A stretch of 64,000 nt of DNA from Rebecca billardiae RCC1528 (taxonomy: Eukaryota > Protista > Haptophyta): NCBI GenBank assembly GCA_965240325.2, contig OZ251228.1, positions 2,418,001 to 2,482,000 on the forward strand, written 5' to 3'. The translations under genes were made by a program, and so were the position numbers. The notes under the pieces were generated by a model. The model searched no databases and was not told the DNA's origin. It was given only the letters and a program-made list of their open reading frames with translations. Below, in pieces: positions 22,782 to 35,070 of this stretch (positions are counted from its first letter, which is position 1; the number at the start of each line of letters is the position of its first letter).

Positions 22782-25700
22782 TGGCGGGCGGCGCGGCGGC
22801 AGCGCATGCGCTGCCGCCCGAGCTGGCGGGCGCGCTGCGCGGCTGGCTTGCGGAGGACGGCTCGCAGCCGGGGCGCGCCGAGGCGGAGGTGCGCGCGCTC
22901 ATGCTGCACACCCTCGCCACCACGCCGCTCGACGAGCAGGGCAGCGCGGCCGCGGCCGCGGCCGAGGCGGACGCGGCCGCCGCCGCGTCCGCCGACGGCG
23001 GCGCCGCGTGCGAACACGCGCCCTCGGCGGCGTGGGAGCACGTGTGGTGCGCGGCGCTCGCGCCGGCGGCGGCGGAGGGCAGCGCGGCGGCGGCGGGCCT
23101 GCTGAACACGCTGCTCCACGGCCGCTTCGCCCGCGCGCCGCCGCAGCCCCTCCGCGCCTCGCCGCTCGCGCACACGCTCCGCGCCGCGCTGGCCAACGCG
23201 CCGCGCCGCGCGCCGCTCAGCTGGGCGGCGCAGGCGCTGCCCTTCCTCGCGGTGGCGGCGGCGGAGGTGGAGGCGCCGCGGCTGCCGACGGAGGTGGCGG
23301 GCGCGGCGCGCGAGCAGCTCGACGCGGTGCGCGCGGTGCGCGCCGCGCGCTCCGCGCGCGCCGGCGCCGGCGCCGCCTCGCTTGCCGCCGCGGCTGTGGG
23401 CGGCGTGCGCGCGGCGGTGGACTCGGCGGTGGCGGGCGCGCGCGCGGGCGCGGGCGGCGGCGGCGGCGGCGGCGGGCGGGGCTACGGCGCGCTGGGCGGG
23501 GGCGCGGACAGCAAGCGCGCGGGCCTGCTCAGCCACGAGGTGGGCGGCGGCAGCGCGCCCTCCGCCCGTCCGCACGAGCCCACCGACCTCGAGCGAGCCT
23601 CGGCCTCAGATCGAGTGCCGCTCGCGGCCGCAGACAGCGCGGCCGCGGAGCACGCCGAGGCGGCGATGGGCGACTCGTCGGAGGAGGAGGAGGAGGAGGA
23701 GGGCGTGCCCACCGAGCCGGTGGTGCAGGGCGGCGCGCCGCAGCGCGGCGCGGAGGACGGCGCCGACGCCGCGCCGTGGCGCGACGAGCCCGCGGCGGGC
23801 GGCGGCGGCGCGGGCGGCGCGGCGTGGGCGGAGGAGGAGGCTGCGGCCGCCGCCGCGGCGCGCGCGCCTGGCTCGGTGGTCTGCTCGCGCGCCGAGCTGA
23901 GCGCGTGCGGGCTGGGCACGCTGCTCGACGTGGCGCAGGCGCTGGGCAGCACGCCCGCCGCGCTGCTCGGCTGGGAAGCGTTTTGGGTCCGCTACTTTGA
24001 GGCAGAGGCGGCGGCGCCCGGGTTCCTGCCGCCGGCACTCAAAGCGGGTGTGTGCGCGTGTGTGCGCGTGTGTGCGTGTGCGTGTGTGCGTGTGTGCGCG
24101 TGTGTGCGTGTGCGTGTGTGTGCGCGTGTGCGCTCGCGGCGCGCGAGCGCGGCCGCGGGGCGCAGCCGCGGCCGGAGCGCGCCGCGCGCCGCGCGCGCAG
24201 TGCCGCGGCGTCGGTGCGCCGCTGCGCCGCCCACACCTTCCTCGCCCTCCCCGCCCCCTGCCCCGCCCCGCGCAGAGCTCTCGTCACACTTCCACCAGCT
24301 CGCGCTCGCGCACGACGGCGGCGGGCCCACGCCACAGCGCGCGCTCTTCATGCTGTACAACGCGTGCACGACGTGGGCGCAGCAGGTGCTGCCGGGGGGC
24401 GGCGCGTTCCTCAGGGTGGGCGGCGGCGGGCGCGCGGCGGACGCGCCGCGCGCCCGCCGCGCCCACTCGCCATTCGGCGCGTGGCTGCTCGGCCAGCTGC
24501 CGCCGCCGTACGCGCCGCTCGGCGCGGACGGCGGCGGCGCCGCCGCGTCAGGCGGTGCGAGCGCCGCCGCGCCGCCGCCGCCGCCCGACGCCGCCGCGCT
24601 CGCCGCCGAGCGCGCGTCTCGGCAGCGGGACGCGCGCGCGGCCGCGGTCGCCGCCGCGGTCGCCGAGGGCGGCGTGAGCGAGGAGGACGCGGCGGCGATC
24701 GCCGCGGCGCTCGAGGAGGCGGAGGCGGAGGCGGAGGCGGAGGCGGAGGCGGAGGCGGAGGCGGAGGCGGAGGCGGAGGCGGAGGCGGAGGCGGAGGCGG
24801 AGGCGGAGGAGGGCGGCGCGTCCGAGCAGCGGAGGCGGCAGCAGCATGGAGCGCGCACGGCCAGCAGCGGCGGCGGCGGCGGCGGCGCGGAGGGCTGGGC
24901 GCACGCGGACGCGGAGGCGTGCCTGGCCGAGCTTCTGCCGCCGCCGCTCCCGCCGCCGGAGCCGCACGAGCTGGCGATGGGGCCGGGGCAGCAGGAGGCG
25001 TGGGAGGCGCGCCCGCGGCGGATGGCGCGGCTGTGCGCGCTCGTTCGGCGGCGCGCCGCGAGGCGCGCGGCGGCGCGCGGCGCGCGCGGCCGCGGCGGCG
25101 CGGCGCTGATCGAGCTCGGAGGCGGCGGGGAGAACCTAGGCGGGGAGAGCGCGGCGCGCGAGGCGTCGATGGGCGACACAGACGAGGAGGAGGAGGAGGA
25201 GGAGGACGACGACGACGACGACGACAATGACGACGACGACGACGACGAGGAGGAGGAGGAGGAGGAGGAGGAGGGCGATGAGGGCGCCTCTGCGCCCGCC
25301 TCCGCGCGCGCCCGCCGCTCCCCGTGGTCCGGCCTCCGCGCGGACGGCGCCGAGTTTGCGGACGCGTGCGCTCTGATCGAGGCGCTGGACGCGCAGTACC
25401 TGCGGCTCGTGCGCCGCCTCAACCTGAACCGCACCGAGGCGCAGCCCGCGCGCGTGGCGGTGCGGCGCACCGACGGGCTGTGCTGCGAGCAGCCCGTCAC
25501 GTTTGTGGTGCCGCGCACGGCCATCGTGCCAGGCCCTGAGCACGTGCGGCACGCGCTGCAGGCGAACCGCGCGCTGTTCGCGTCTGCGCACAGCCGGCTG
25601 CACGGCAGCACGCGCGCGCTCGCGCTCTCGGCCGCGCTGCTCGCCGAGGCGCCGAGGGCGCTGCGCGCACCCGACGCCGACGGCGCCGCCGACGGCGCCG

Positions 25701-26419
25701 CCGTCGACGGCGGCGGCGCGGCCGGCGGCGGCGGCGGCGCGGCCGGCGGCGGCGCCATCTCGGAGGCGGAGGGCGCGGAGCTCTTCTTCGAGCTGCTGCC
25801 GCTGGCGCTCTCCCACGACCTGCCGCCCTCCGTGGCCGGGCTGGCGCAGGGCGTGCGCGAGCTGCTCTCGTCGCTCGGCAGGCGGCACGTGGCGGGGCGG
25901 GCGCGGCTGCAGCCGAGGCTGCTTCGTGCGCTGCTGCGCGCGCGCGCCGTGCCGCCGCCCGCCGAGCGCGCGGCGCACGCGGGGCGGCTGCTAGCGGCGG
26001 AGGCGGCGGAGGAGGCGGAGGCGGCCGCGCGCGCGCGACCGTGGCACATGCCGCCCGCGGACGCGCACCTCGGCGCGCCGCCGCCGCCCGCGCCGACGCC
26101 GTCGGCCGCGCTCGCGCCGCCGCCGCCCGCCGCGCCGACGCCCGCCGACGCCGCCGCGGCCGCGGCCGCGGCCGCGCGCGGCGGCGCGTGCGGCGGCGCG
26201 ACGGGCGCGGCCGACGGCGCGCCGGCGTGCGGCGCGCGCGCCTCGGCGCGCGCGCCTGCGCCTCGGCGCTCGGGCGAGCTCGGCGCCTCGCTGCTCGAGG
26301 CGGGCGGCGAGGAGGGCCATCCGGCGCGCGCGGGCGCGGGCGCGAGCGCGTCGGGCTGCCCCCGTCTGGCGCGCACCCGCCTCAGCAGCCGCAGCCGCCG
26401 CAGCAGCAGCCGCAGCCGC

Positions 26420-26452
<33 letters not shown>

Positions 26453-26959
26453 TCGTCGCGCGGCAGGAGACGCACTGCCTCTGCCCGCGCTGCAGCGCGC
26501 GGCTGCTCGTGCCCGGTGGCGCGGCGCGCGTGCAGTGCCCGCAGTGCCGCACGGTGATGCAGGTGGGCGCGCCCGGCGGCGGCCATGCTGCGCCGCAGCC
26601 GCAGCCCTTCCAGGCGGCCTGCCCCGAGTGCGCGGCGAAGCTGCTCGTGCCGGCGGGCGCGCCGCGCGTGCAGTGCCCGCGCTGCCGCGCCGTGCTGCAC
26701 GCGCGGCCGGCCGAGCGCGCGCTCTCGCGCGAGCCGCCGCCCGCGCCGCCGCCGCAGCCGCCGGCGTCCGCGTTTGGCGGCGGCGCGCCCGCGCCGGGCG
26801 GCGCGCAGCCGGCGGGCTACGCGCCGCCGCTCCCGCCGCTGCCCGCCGCGCCGTCGGCAGCCGGCGGCGCCGCCGCCTCCGGTGCGGAGGGCGAGGGCGG
26901 GCGCCTGGGGCTCGACTGGCTGCGAGGCACACTCAGCCCGGCGCTGCTGCTGCGCGCAC

Positions 26960-26991
<32 letters not shown>

Positions 26992-27985
26992 AGCGGCACA
27001 GCGGGCGGCGGCACGCGCGCGGGGCTGTTGCGCTACCTGCGGCTGCTGCGCGCGTTCGCGCGCGCGCCGCTCGAGCACCTGACGCGCGCCGACCTCGAGC
27101 TGCTCCTCTCCTCGTTTGCGACGGACGCGCTGCCGGCGGCGCTGCCCGCGCGGCCGGGCGACGCGCGGCGCGAGCTGGCGGCGGACGGAGGCGCGCTTGA
27201 GGGCGCGCTGGGCGGCGCGCTGAGCGCGCTCGGCGCGCAGCCCGCGCTCACGCCCGCGTGCGAGCGGCTGTGCACGATGCTGGCCCGCCGCGCGTTCCCC
27301 GACTACGTGCGCGTCGTCCTGCGCGCCGCGCTCGACGGCGCGCGGCTCGCGGCCGCCGCCGAGCGCGAGCGCGCGGACGCGGCGCGCGCCGGCGGCGCGG
27401 AGGGCGCGGGCGCGGCGGCGGCGCGCGAGCCGGCGCGCGCGGCGTGGGACGAAGTGTACTGCAAGAGCGTGCCGTACGAGCAGCTGAGCGCGGCGCACGC
27501 GAGCGCGCTGCTGCACGACGTGGCGGCCGCCCTGCCGCTGCCGGGCGCGCACGCCGCGGCCGCCGTGCGCGTGTGCAGCCGCCTGCTCCTCGACTCGCCC
27601 GCGGCGCTCGCGGAGCTGCGCGCGGTGGCGCGCGGCGCCGAGGCGGCGGTGGCGCGCGGCGGGGCGGAGGCCGAGGAGGGCGAGGCGGACGCGCGGAGCG
27701 AGGGCTCTGGCGGCCTCGCCGCCGAGGCCGACGACGCCGCCAACGCCAACAACACCAACCACGAGCACGATGCGGGCGCGGGCGCGGACGCGGGCGCCGC
27801 CAGCGCCAGTGCCACCGCGCCCGCTCCTCCGCCTGAGCTCGGGGGCGGCGCCAAGGGCAGCGCACAGGGCGCGGAGGCGTCCGAGGGCGTGTGGGCCGAG
27901 TTCGTCGCGCTCTTCCTCGCCGCGCTCGCGCCGCTCCCCGCACGTGCGCACGCGCCCGCCGCGTCCGAGCCCGGCGGCGGGAGCG

Positions 27986-28026
<41 letters not shown>

Positions 28027-29129
28027 CCGAGCGGGTGCGGCTCCGTGAGTGCTGTGCTGCCTCCGCTGCTCACGCTGCTGCGCTCGCTCGTGCGCGAGTG
28101 CGGCGAGGGGCTGATGGACAGCGTGTGGTACCTGGCGGCGGAGATGCTCGCGCCGAGGGCGGCGGTCGAGCTGCGCGCCGCGCCGCGCGCGCGCGCGCTC
28201 ATCTCCGCCGAGCTGTGCGCGCTGCCCTGGCACGCGCTTAGCGCGCACCGCGGCCGCGACGGCGCGTTCTGCGCAGGGCTGCGCGCGCTGCTGGAGCCGT
28301 TCCCTGCGCTGGCAGCGGAGGTCTTCGCGCGGCTGGCGTGGCGCCCGTTCTTCGAGGGCGTGGCGCAGGGGCGCGTGGACGGGTGCTGCCTCGCCGAGCT
28401 CCTCCCCGTCGCGCTCTCCGCGCACATCGGCGCGGCGGGCGCGCTGGGCGCTCCATCGCTGCAGCTGCTGTTTGGGACAGCCGCCGCCGAGTTTGGCGCG
28501 GCCGCGGCCGCGGGCGGCGGCGCCGACGCGCGCGGCGGCGGCGGCGAAGGCGGTGTGCAGGCTGGCGGCGCGGAGGCGGGGGCGGGGCTCTCGGCCTCGG
28601 CGCTCGTCGAGCTGCACGCCGCCGCCTTCGCCCGCCTCCCCGCCGCCGCCCTCGGCCGCGCCTTCGACGGGCGCACGCTCTTCCGAGCGCTCGCGCGCGC
28701 GCGCGGCGCGGACGAGCCGAGCGCGCGCGTGCTCGCGTGCGCGCGGCTGCTGTCGCGCGTGGCGGAGTCGCTCGGCGCGGCGGGCGTGGCGGCGGTGGTC
28801 GCGCAGGAGGTGGCCTCGCTGCTGTGGACCACGCTCTCCGCGCACGGACGCAGCTACCACCTGCCCGCGCACGCGCACGTCGAGCTGCTCGCGCGCTGCC
28901 TTGTGCCCGCGGTCCGAGCGGGCACGGCCGCGGCCGCGGCGCGCGCCGCCGCGGCCGGCGGCGGCGCGGCCGCGAGCGCGCCGCCCGGCGCCGAGGGCGC
29001 GGCCGGCGCGGAGGGCGCGGCGGCGGAGGACGACGGCCCTGCGCACGCGGTGCTGCTGCAGTGCCTCCTGGCGTGCGCGCACCCCACGCCCGCCCTCTGC
29101 CTCGTCGAGGGCCAGCTCGAGTTTGGATG

Positions 29130-29164
<35 letters not shown>

Positions 29165-30959
29165 GCGGCGGCCGAGCGGTGCTGCCGACGGCGGCGGCGA
29201 CGGCGGCGCCCGCTGAGCCCGGCGCGGCGGAGGCGGAGGCGGAGGCGGCGCGCGCCGCGGCGTACAGCCAGCTCGCGAGCAAGTGCGCCGGCATCGTCGC
29301 GCAGTGCGTGAGCGGCGGCTCCGCCACGCTCGCCCTCGGCGTGCTGCGGTGCGCGCCGCTGTCTCTGAGCTCTGAGCGCGCAAGCTGTGCGCTGTGCGAG
29401 GCGGCACTCCAGGTGTGCGTGCGTGTGCGCGCGTGTGCGCGTGTGCGTGCGGTGCACGCCGACCCGCCGTGCGTGCGCCCCGCCGTCGCGTGCGCCCGCG
29501 CGCACACGCGCACGCACGTGCGCGCGGCGTGCACTGCACGCGCTGCGTACACACGCCGCTGCTGGCACGCACACGCACGCACGCACGCACAAACGCACAC
29601 ACGCACGCGCGCACACACGCACGCGCGCCGCCCCCGCGCGCGGCACGCGCCGCCGCAGGCGTATCTCACGCACACCGCCATCGAGATGGCCGCGCACGCG
29701 CCAGCCGGCGCGTCCGCGCCCGCCGACCGCGCCGCCGACCGCGCGGCGCTGCTCGAGCCGCCGCTGCGTGCGATCGGCGCGCTCTCGCAGAGCGCGGTGC
29801 GCGCGCGCGCCGCCGAGCGTGCCGCGCGCGCGTGCCGCGCGCGCGGCGCCGCGCGCGCGTGCGCCGTGGGCCGGCCGTGCGCGTGCGCGTGCGCACGGCG
29901 GGGCAGCGCGGGCGGCGCGCCCCGCCGCGCGCGCGCGCTCGCTCGCTCACGCGCGCTCGCCCCCGCGCCCCCGGCGTGCCACGTTGCGCTCGGCGCCGCG
30001 CTTCGCCCCGGCCGTGCTGCGTGCCGCCGCCGCCGGTGCCGCCGCCGCCGCCGCTGCGGGGCCGCGGCTGCGGGGCGCGCAGGCGGACCGACTGGTGCTG
30101 GCGTGCGTCGAGCAAGGCACACCGCTCACCTTCTGGCTGCTGATGGCGCGGCAGGTGTGCGCAGCGGCGGCACGCGCGCGCGCGCGGCCGCGCGCCGCGG
30201 GCGTCGCCGACACCGCGGCGCGCGCGCGCTCACGCGCTGCCGCCGCCGCTGCTGCTGCTGCGCGCGCCGCGCGCCCAGGCGCGCGCCCTCGGCCGCGCGG
30301 ACTCCGCGCGCGCCATGGCCGTGGCCGCGGCGTCCGTGCGCGCGGCCGCGCGGCTGCAGCCGCCCGCCGCGCGCCCCTTCGATGTGCTGCCCGCCTGGTT
30401 CGCCGCCCTCGAGTTGATCGGCGCGGAGGGCTGGGCGGCGGGCGCGCCCGCCGCCAAGCAGTGCGCGGCAGCGCTCGCGAGGCACGTGCGCGCGGCCGCG
30501 CGGCTCGCGGCGGACGGGACTGGGAGCGGCGGCCGCGGGGCCGGTGGCGGCGGAGGCGGCGGCGGCGGCGGGCTGAGCGCGCTATGGGAGGCCACCGCCG
30601 CCGCGGCCGACGCCGGCGGCGGCGGTGGCGGCGGCGGCGGCGGCGCGCAGCCGTCCGCCCCGCTCCGTCTGGCGGCGCGCGTGCTGCTGCTGCTGCTCGC
30701 CCAGCTGAGCGAGGACGCGGAGAAGGGCGTGCGCGGCGGCGCGGGGCGGCCCTTCGTGCTGGCGAGCGGCGGCGCGGAGGCCAGGGCGCAGGCGCACGCG
30801 CTCGTCGGCTGCGCGCGCGCAGACGCGTACAGGCACGCGCCGCGCCCCTTCTTCAGCCCGCTCGAGGCGATGATTGCGCGGCCGTGCACGCTCGCCGAGT
30901 GGCGCGCGCACGCGCTCGGCACGCTCTTCCCGATGGCGCTCTACCTGCCGCTCCTCTGA
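19924..30959 (+). CDS. EPG5: EPG5-like autophagosome-lysosome tethering protein with two inserted LSD1-type zinc fingers; introns 19999-20116, 24048-24275, 29413-29658, 29797-30082, 30155-30278; unresolved frame change near 26350
   Basis: Very long helical protein. VWFVQKHEYALAGKCGCGSDVQYVHHHE and ALDAQYLRLVRRLNLNRTE..CCEQPVTF..HALQANR resemble conserved EPG5 blocks as I recall them, and WEAFWVRYF lies in the expected order. Canonical GT-AG introns preserve the frame. The gene itself is well supported; the EPG5 label is from motif memory. Confidence 0.65.
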
Positions 30960-31403
30960 GCGAGTAGCATGCAGCGCGAGGCGGCGGCCGAGGCTTGAGG
31001 GCTCGCGCACCCGGCTACTTGGGCAGCACCGAGCACGCTGCACGTGCGTGACCGCCGTGGCCGCGGGCCCAGTGCGGTCATGCGCACGGCCTCAGCCTGG
31101 CAACGGAGCTGGCGCACCGAACCGGCCGTCGGCCGATGACCGCGATGCTGAGTGATCATCATCAGCAGCAGCAGCATCAAGCATCATGGCAGTGCCATTC
31201 ATGGCCGGTCGCCTGCGTCAGTCAGGCGTCAGGTCCCGGCGCGCAGAATCATGAGTATTATTATAAATAGCTGTGATGCGTATTTATTTAATTAGTTATA
31301 ATAATTATTGTTATATATATATATATACCCGAGCTACTAGTCGTCCATCCCTACATACGTACGATGACTCTTTTCGGCGGTCCATGAGCGCCTATACTAA
31401 TAT

Positions 31404-31404
<1 letters not shown>

Positions 31405-31463
<59 letters not shown>
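31405..31463. repeat. (GA)n microsatellite
   Basis: Read directly. Confidence 0.95.
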
Positions 31464-31466
<3 letters not shown>

Positions 31467-31750
31467 ACTGTTAAAGTGTCCGGCGTCGCGACTGACGTAC
31501 AGGCCCTGCGTGCTTTCTGTCTGACGGCGGAACCTTAGCTTATCAGCGGGCTAAGGCTCGGCCCAATAATCTCCAACACGACAGCGTAGTTATAATATTC
31601 CCTTTGGAAGGCACTGATGGACGAGTGTTATATATATAATACATGTGTTGCTTTCCGAGTGCGATGCCGATGGGCGGGCTGTCCACAGTGGAGTGGTGTC
31701 AGGGCACTATGTGTGTCGGTCAGTGGTTTGAGGTTGGGTGGGGGTGGTGG

Positions 31751-32022
31751 TTGGTTGGGGGCTGGCCAGGGTAGGGCTGGAGGCTTCGGCCGCCAGTCTG
31801 ATCACCCGGAGCCCGTTATTATAAAGGGGAATTTATTAGTCGCCAAAGTCGCAGAGACGCAAACAGCTGTAGGCTCTCTGAAGTAGGGCATTCATGATGA
31901 ACGAATCAATGCTGGGTGGGGGTGAGGGTTGGTACTTGGTTGGGGGCTGGCCAGGGTAGGGCTGGAGGCTTCGGCCACCAGTCTGATCATCACCCGGAGC
32001 CCGTTATAAAGGGGAATTTGTT
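31751..32022 (+). repeat. Local direct repeat of ~85 bp (31751-31838 and 31937-32022)
   Basis: TGGTTGGGGGCTGGCCAGGGTAGGGCTGGAGGCTTCGGCC..CACCCGGAGCCCGTTAT..AAAGGGGAATTT occurs twice. Confidence 0.85.
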
Positions 32023-32206
32023 AAAGGTGCATCTAATCTCCCGTAACGGGTGCGAGGGGTGCTCGACCGTGTCGCAGAGCGACCCGCCGGCCGCTACAGG
32101 GCCATTAGAAGGCGGTGCAATCAATGTGTAATCAAGATAAGGGGTTAAGCCACTATAACTGTCAGGCAGCGCCATCGTGCCGGCGTGCCCACGGCCCACG
32201 TGCGCG

Positions 32207-32351
32207 AATTTGTGCGACATTCACAGCGACGAGGTCGCGGTCCCCGGCCGCTCCGACGCGCTCTTGACTTCCGCGTGGGACGTGCGGAGGTCAAGAACCC
32301 ATCCTACTCGTCGACGGTGCCGACCTCGCCGCCCTGAATGTCGCACAAATT
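32207..32351. other. Nested 145-nt stem-loop (structured RNA or miniature inverted-repeat element)
   Basis: Perfect 17-bp IR AATTTGTGCGACATTCA / TGAATGTCGCACAAATT enclosing GCGACGAGGTCG/CGACCTCGCCGC and TCTTGACTTCCGC/GCGGAGGTCAAGA stems. Confidence 0.6.
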
Positions 32352-33599
32352 TGAGATTGGCACCTCGCGCGTGCAGGCCGCGACACGCATGCCAGGTCCG
32401 CGCGGCGCTCTGTGGGCAAGCGAGCCAAGGGGCGCAGCGAGTCCGGTGCGGCTGTCGTACGGGTCGAGCGCGAGCGCCGAGTCGCAGCCGCGCGCGCGCC
32501 GCGCCGCTGGCGCCGGGTCGCCCGGGGGAGAAGGCGCAGCTGCAGTGCTCCTCTGCCATCACGCGATCCGCCGGCAGAAAGACCAGACTTTGCGCCCAGT
32601 TTTGACCAAAACGATGGGGTTTTATCTCCGCGCGATCTGGGTAACCTGACAGTTATAGTGGCTCGGCCCTTTACTGCTGATGAAAACCAAGTGCTTCGAT
32701 CCCAGTAAGGTCTGGCGTTTGCCACTGGCGACTGCACACGGCAACAGGGGCGTTTGCGCCCTGTTGTCGTGTGCACACTGGGGCGCAAAAGGGGTCACCC
32801 TCAGGGGGTTTCGCACTGCTGTTGCCGTGTGCACCGGCCCGCTGTGGCCGTGCACACGGCAACAGGGCGCAAACGGCCCTGTTGCCGTGTGCAGGCGTGC
32901 ATGGCTTGCGATGGCAGCCAGCCGTCAGCAGGGCGCCACGCCCACTGTTCGTTGGTAGGCTGGCCCGATGGCGTCGCGGAGCTCACGCGTACGGGGGAGG
33001 AGGGCATCGACGAGGAGACGACCAAGGGCGAGAAGCAGCAGGGGGCACGCAGCACGGGGCTCGGAGCATGCCGCGAGCACGCGTGCCTCCACACCGTCGC
33101 ACATCAACCTTGCTCGTAGCTGTGCGCTGTGCTGCCACTCATCTCACCATCGCCCATGCTACGGGCGCGGCCGGGTGGTGGGCATCTACCTGTCGGCGCA
33201 GCACTGGCACCGGTGGTCGCCAGACACTCCTCGACTTGCTCTGCGCGTCACAGCAAGGAGACGGCAGCGGCACAGCTGTGTGAGCTCGCAGATGAAGTGC
33301 TCCTCTGCTTTGCGAGGCTGAGAGGCTGAGCACGCGTGGCGAGCGCTGGCATTCCCCCGCATTCATGAGACCAACAGGTACATAGCCGTGCCCAGGAGCG
33401 CAGGACCAACCGCCGGGTGCTGCTTCAAACACCTGCGCCCCACTCTGCCGGCAGGCTGAGGGGCGCTCTACTCTATGCTGCACGCAGCAGCAGCAGCTGG
33501 GCCGCTGGGATGGTCCTGCACGGATGACGGCGGTCGCCGCGGCTGACAGCTTGGTGTCACTGGTTCGAAGGGCCTGGACGACGGACGCGCCGAGCGTGG

Positions 33600-35070
33600 T
33601 GACGCTGCTCGATGCGCCCACGGCACTGCCAAGCGCGCTGGAGCCGCTGCCTCGAGCACTACTGTGCCCGCGCCCAGCTTGGGCAGCAGCGGCTGCGCTC
33701 AACTCCGCGCCGCGTGCCGTGGCAGCAGCAGGGATGGTGCCACGGCGGCCGGCGGCGGTCGACGGAGCTGTCGGCTCGGCGGTGCACGCCCGAGGGGCCT
33801 GGGCGCTGGGCGCACCGAACGCGGTGCCGCTGCTCGCCTCGCCCATGGCGCTGGAGCCGCTGCCATCCGACGCTGCTGCGCCCGCGCCAAGCTTGGGCAG
33901 CAGCGGCTGCGCTCGACTCCGCGCAGAGTGCGGCGGCAGCAGCAGGGATGGTGCTACGGTGGGCGACGACGGTCGCTAGAGCTGAAAGCTCGGCGGTGCG
34001 CGCCTGAGGGGCCTGTGCGGTGGGCGCACCGAACGCGGTGCCGCTGCTCGCCTCGCCCATGGCGCTCGAGCCGCTGCCATCCGACGCTGCTGCGCCCGCG
34101 CCAAGCTTGGGCAGCAGCGGCTGCGCTCGACTCCGCGCAGAGTGCGGCGGCAGCACCAGGGATGGTGCCACGGCGGGCGGCGGCGGTCGACGGAGCTGTC
34201 AGCTCGGCGGTGCACGCCCGAGGGGCCTGGGCGCTGGGCGCACCGAACGCGGTGCCGCTGCTCGCCTCGCCCATGGCGCTGGAGCCGCTGCCATCCGACG
34301 CTGCTGCGCCCGCGCCAAGCTTGGGCAGCAGCGGCTGCGCTCGACTCCGCGCCGCGTGGGGCGGCAGCACCAGGGATGGTGCCACGGCGGGCGACGACGG
34401 TCGCTAGAGCTGAAAGCTCGGCGGTGCGCGCCTGAGGGGCCTGGGCGGTGGGCGCACCGAACGCGGTGCCGCTGCTCGCCTCGCCCATGGCGCTCGAGCC
34501 GCTGCCATCCGACGCTGCTGCGCCCGCGCCAAGCTTGGGCAGCAGCGGCTGCGCTCGACTCCGCGCAGAGTGCGGCGGCAGCACCAGGGATGGTGCTACG
34601 GTGGGCGACGACGGTCGCTAGAGCTGAAAGCTCGGCGGTGCGCGCCTGAGGGGCCTGGGCGGTGGGCGCACCGAACGCGGTGCCGCTGCTCGCCTCGCCC
34701 ATGGCGCTCGAGCCGCTGCCATCCGACGCTGCTGCGCCCGCGCCAAGCTTGGGCAGCAGCGGCTGCGCTCGACTCCGCGCAGAGTGCGGCGGCAGCAGCA
34801 GGGATGGTGCTACGGTGGGCGACGACGGTCGCTAGAGCTGAAAGCTCGGCGGTGTGCGCCTGAGGGGCCTGGGCGGTGGGTGCATTGAGCGCGCTGACGC
34901 CTCTCGCCTCGCCCGGCGCGCTGGAGCCGCTGCCATCCGATGCTGCCGCGCCCGCGCCCTGTCGCGCCGAGTGCGGCTGCAGCATCAGGGATGGCGCCAC
35001 GGCGGGCGGGCGGCGGTGCATGCAGCTAGCAGCTCGGTGCTGCACGCGCGAGGGGCCTGGGCGGCAGACG
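33600..35070 (+). repeat. Tandem array of 214-bp units (~7 copies)
   Basis: Unit ...GGGCGCACCGAACGCGGTGCCGCTGCTCGCCTCGCCCATGGCGCT... recurs every 214 bp (near-identical ORFs at 34142 and 34570 are 428 bp apart). Confidence 0.9.
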
